Of a DNA stretch of 64,000 nt, positions 61,190 to 64,000 are shown piece after piece (positions within the stretch are counted from its first letter, which is position 1; every line of letters begins with the position of its first letter). The stretch lies in the NCBI GenBank assembly GCA_043823065.1, contig JBDRBB010000001.1, positions 96,001-160,000 of the forward strand. Direction: 5' to 3'. The notes under the pieces are model-generated. The model ran no database searches, was not told the origin of the DNA, and saw nothing but the letters and a program-made list of their open reading frames with translations. Origin of the DNA: Pseudomonadota bacterium. Its GTDB lineage: Bacteria > UBA10199 > 2-02-FULL-44-16 > DYJF01. Both the position numbers and the translations under genes were made by a program.

Positions 61190-61468
61190 ATGAAAACATT
61201 TTATTTATATATTCTTAAATGCTCCGATGGTTCGTATTATACAGGTCATACCGATGATTTAGAAAAACGATTAGCTGAGCATGGGGAAGGATATTGCGAA
61301 TATACTGTAAAGAGATTACCTATAGAATTAGTATTTTCAGATGAATTTGCTACAAGAGAAGAAGCTCTGGGTAGGGAAAGACAAATAAAAGGTTGGAGTC
61401 GAAAGAAGAAAGAAGCTTTAATTGAAGGTAATTGGGATAAATTAAAACAGCTGGCAAAAGGTGAATAG
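61190..61468 (+). CDS. Stand-alone GIY-YIG nuclease (UPF0213/YhbQ-like)
   Basis: FYLYIL.C.DGSYYTGHT..LEKRL.EH, EALGRERQIKGWSRKKKEALI; the ATG at 61175 lies inside a repeat. Confidence 0.92.
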   Translation: MKTFYLYILKCSDGSYYTGHTDDLEKRLAEHGEGYCEYTVKRLPIELVFSDEFATREEALGRERQIKGWSRKKKEALIEGNWDKLKQLAKGE

Positions 61469-61472
61469 GACG

Positions 61473-61664
61473 TCCTTCGACAAGCTCAGGATGAACGGAA
61501 TGAGTTGAATGGCTCAGGATGAACGGTACTTGACCGTTCATGGTGAGATATTTGGCGTACTCCGTTCGTGGTGAGCTTGTCGAACCACATAATGTGAGTA
61601 CTATTTTTCATCCTTCGACAAGCTCAGGATGAACGGAATGAGTTGAATGGCTCAGGATGAACGG
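61473..61664. repeat. REP-like hairpin array downstream of the GIY-YIG gene
   Basis: Full and half copies in both orientations; 54-bp direct repeat 61473-61526 / 61611-61664. Confidence 0.92.
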
Positions 61665-61672
61665 ATTTTTTT

Positions 61673-62890
61673 ATGTCTATTATTATCCAAAAGTATGGTG
61701 GTACTTCAGTTGAATCCCTAGAAAAAATTCAACTAGTGGCCCAAAGGATTGCCAAAGCGCATAGTGCTGGAAAGCAGGTAGTAGTGGTGCTTTCAGCTAT
61801 GGCCAAGGAAACCAATCGTTTGTTGGGGCTGGCTAAAGAAATAAATCCAGAAGCTAATCCTAAGTTTACTGATATGCTGGCTGCCACAGGCGAGCAGGTG
61901 TCTATTGCGCTCATGGCCATGGCTTTGGAAAACTTGCAAATTCAAGCAGAACCTTTTTTAGCACATCAAATTGCTTTAATTACTGATGAGAACCACGGCC
62001 GGGCCCGTATTCGAGAAATCAATATCGAGCGTTTACAGAAAGCGCTAAACCAAGGCAAAGTAGCTGTGGTTGCTGGTTTCCAAGGTGTTACAGTTGAAGG
62101 TGCCATCACCACTATTGGTCGCGGCGGCAGCGACGTTACAGCTGTAGCTTTGGCTGCAGCGCTTAAAGCAAGTTCCTGTGAAATATTTACTGATGTAGAA
62201 GGCGTGTTTACTGCAGATCCGCGTTTATGCGAAAACGCCAGAAAATTAAATCAAATCTCTTATGAAGAAATGTTGGAACTAGCTGATTGCGGAGCAAAAG
62301 TTTTGCACACTCGTTCCGTAGAAATTGCTGCCAAATATGGAGTAAAAGTTCAGGTGCGATCTTCGTTTAGCGAAGATAGCGGTACTTGGATTGTTCCAGA
62401 GGAGGAAGTTATGGAAGATGCGTTAGTGTCTGGCATTACTTGCAATATTAACGAAGCCAAAGTTGCCATCAGGCAAGTACCAGACAAGGTGGGCGTGACC
62501 GCCCATATTTTTGAGCCAATTGCTAAATCAAATATTAACGTAGATATGATTTTGCAAAATGTTTCTGAAGCAGGGTTTACAGATTTAACTTTTACTGTGC
62601 CAAAAGAAGATTTAAAAAAAGCCATTGCCTTAACTGAAGTAGTGGCTAAAAAAGTTGAAGCAGGCCGGGTAGAAGCAGCAGGAAATATTGCCAAGATTTC
62701 TATAGTGGGTGTGGGCATGCGTTCGCATGCTGGCGTTGCGCACACGATATTTGAAACTTTGGCCAATCAAGGAATTGGCATTCAAATGATTTCTACTTCT
62801 GAGATTAAGGTTTCCGTAGTGGTTGATATAAAATATGCAGAACTGGCAGTGCGTGTGTTGCATGAGGCATTTAGTTTGGGAGGAAGCTAA
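61673..62890 (+). CDS. lysC: Aspartate kinase (alpha subunit; internal beta start at 62411)
   Basis: QKYGGTSV, GRGGSD, DVEGVFTADP, two ACT domains, STSEIKVS. Confidence 0.96.
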   Translation: MSIIIQKYGGTSVESLEKIQLVAQRIAKAHSAGKQVVVVLSAMAKETNRLLGLAKEINPEANPKFTDMLAATGEQVSIALMAMALENLQIQAEPFLAHQIALITDENHGRARIREINIERLQKALNQGKVAVVAGFQGVTVEGAITTIGRGGSDVTAVALAAALKASSCEIFTDVEGVFTADPRLCENARKLNQISYEEMLELADCGAKVLHTRSVEIAAKYGVKVQVRSSFSEDSGTWIVPEEEVMEDALVSGITCNINEAKVAIRQVPDKVGVTAHIFEPIAKSNINVDMILQNVSEAGFTDLTFTVPKEDLKKAIALTEVVAKKVEAGRVEAAGNIAKISIVGVGMRSHAGVAHTIFETLANQGIGIQMISTSEIKVSVVVDIKYAELAVRVLHEAFSLGGS

Positions 62891-62934
62891 TCCACCTTTG
62901 AGGAGTCACTTTGTGCCACCTCGAAGATGGATTA
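62888..62934. other. Hairpin after lysC
   Basis: TAATCCACCTTTGAGG / CCTCGAAGATGGATTA imperfect stem, no U-tract. Confidence 0.5.
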
Positions 62935-62939
62935 AGGTT

Positions 62940-63019
62940 GTCATTCCCGCGAAAGCGGGAATCCAATGTATGAGATCCCCGCTTTCGCGGGGATGACAAA
63001 CAGTGCAGGGATGACAAAC
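62940..63019. repeat. REP inverted pair plus partial tandem tail
   Basis: GTCATTCCCGCGAAAGCGGGAATCC / GATCCCCGCTTTCGCGGGGATGAC, then a second GGGATGACAAAC. Confidence 0.9.
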
Positions 63020-63020
63020 A

Positions 63021-63365
63021 ATGTATATTAAGGGTTCATTAACATTATTAGTTTTAGTTATGGTTGCACTATTTTTTCATGCAATTTCATTTAATACTAA
63101 TTCAGGAACAAGTGATTTTGATCCAAAAATAACCTTTCCTGAACAAAAAATCTTGATCCATGGTCCACTTGATCTTAACCAAGCTACTGCAGAAGATTTA
63201 GATGCTATTCCTCAAATTGGACCATCTCTTGCGCGTCGGATAATTGAGTATCGCCAGGCTCATGGCCCCTTTAAAGATCTTGAACAATTAATTCAAGTAA
63301 AGGGTATAGGTGAGCGAAAATTAAAAATAATTGAACCATACGTTCGCTCAGGGTCCTCGCAATGA
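63021..63365 (+). CDS. comEA: ComEA-like helix-hairpin-helix DNA-binding protein
   Basis: N-terminal TM, LDLNQATAEDLDAIPQIGP..A.RII.YR, VKGIGE. Confidence 0.88.
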   Translation: MYIKGSLTLLVLVMVALFFHAISFNTNSGTSDFDPKITFPEQKILIHGPLDLNQATAEDLDAIPQIGPSLARRIIEYRQAHGPFKDLEQLIQVKGIGERKLKIIEPYVRSGSSQ

Positions 63366-63385
63366 CAACTTTTTAAGCAACATAC

Positions 63386-63672
63386 GCAACTTTGGGGTCT
63401 GTTAGAACCGATACCCCGGTTGTAAGAGCACTCCGGAACTCGGGCGAAGGATGGCGTATAAGGTTGACATGTTGTTGGAGTAGTGAATGTTCGGTTTAGT
63501 TGCGCGAAGGAAGTGTGGTTTGGCGGCCTCTGCGTAAGTCGCCATCTAAGCCTAAAGAGCGACGTCGCAGGGCAGGCAAATTTTCGGCGTCTGAGAAAAT
63601 TTGCCGTAAGCCAATCCACACTTCCTGGGAGCAACTTAAACAAGCTTATCTCAAGAGCCATCCTTTGTCTGA
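63386..63672 (+). ncRNA. Unidentified highly structured RNA-like element
   Basis: Nested long stems of 16, 9, 10 and 17 bp plus two inner hairpins; G-U pairs favour the + strand; GC-richer than its flanks. Confidence 0.5.
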
Positions 63673-63889
63673 TGAAGGAAAATTGACGATTTGCGGGTTT
63701 TCTCATTTTGAGAATAAAATCTGGCAAAATTTAGTCCGTCTGATTTTTGGAAAAAAATAAATTAGGGTTTGCGAGATGTTTTCAAATCTGGCAAACTCCG
63801 CTTAATTATTATGCCTTTTCCAATTTTTCACATCATATCATCGCTCTTTACGATATTCGACGTACGAAGTACGACTGACGGCTTTTATA

Positions 63890-63905
63890 TGGCATTTCCT
63901 TTGCA
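63890..63905 (+). promoter_or_regulatory. sigma54 (-24/-12) promoter
   Basis: TGGCAT-TTCCT-TTGCA upstream of an AGGAGG RBS. Confidence 0.75.
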
Positions 63906-63953
63906 AATAATAGGGTGGGGTAAGATGTGCAGCAAATACCAGGAGGTATTGTG

Positions 63954-64000
63954 ATGAGAAATTTACGTTTACTTGGAATTTGTTTGTTTAGTTTTTTGCT
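63954..64000 (+). CDS. Start of an exported protein, partial (runs off the right edge)
   Basis: AGGAGG RBS then MRNLRLLGICLFSFL, resembling a signal peptide. Confidence 0.6.
   Translation, partial: MRNLRLLGICLFSFL

Noticed and set aside
63669..63682. Hammerhead ribozyme core (CTGATGA...GAAA)
   Set aside because: Only two bases separate the motifs, so stem II cannot form, and CTGA is used in the 16-bp closing stem.
63293..63760. Three overlapping ORFs (144, 67 and 86 aa)
   Set aside because: No RBS or recognisable motifs and atypical composition; base-pairing explains the region better.

Overview
AT-rich bacterial chromosomal window, mostly housekeeping genes. Gene order and content resemble delta-proteobacteria-like lineages (Myxococcota/Bdellovibrionota relatives); this is inference. 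It contains a pyrG-rpoN-hpf-ptsN-hprK-EIIA(Man)-ptsH-ptsI block, rplM-rpsI, merR-nifU-nifS, a surface-glycosylation cluster, holA-purD-purE-tsaC, dciA, dksA, addB-addA, dinG, ssb, tRNA-Cys/tRNA-Leu, pyrE-pyrF-hpt, treT, OPT-PqqD-miaB, tilS-ftsH-folP-glmM-pdxJ-acpS-nnr-tsaE-lpdA, lysC and comEA. The ORF track misses a large orphan ORF running off the left end. Most interesting non-coding features: (1) a small GIY-YIG nuclease gene inside an array of covarying REP-like hairpins, with several other palindrome families across the window, one inserted in-frame in lpdA; (2) a c-di-GMP-I riboswitch with a ~64-nt insertion and an overlapping terminator upstream of dciA; (3) a ~290-nt highly base-paired unidentified element after comEA; (4) a 103-bp palindromic element in two copies whose outer stems differ but each pair internally; (5) several consensus sigma54 promoters, two driving orphan proteins. 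The kds/lpt genes usually found between pyrG and rpoN are absent here. All calls come from reading the sequence; no database searches were run.
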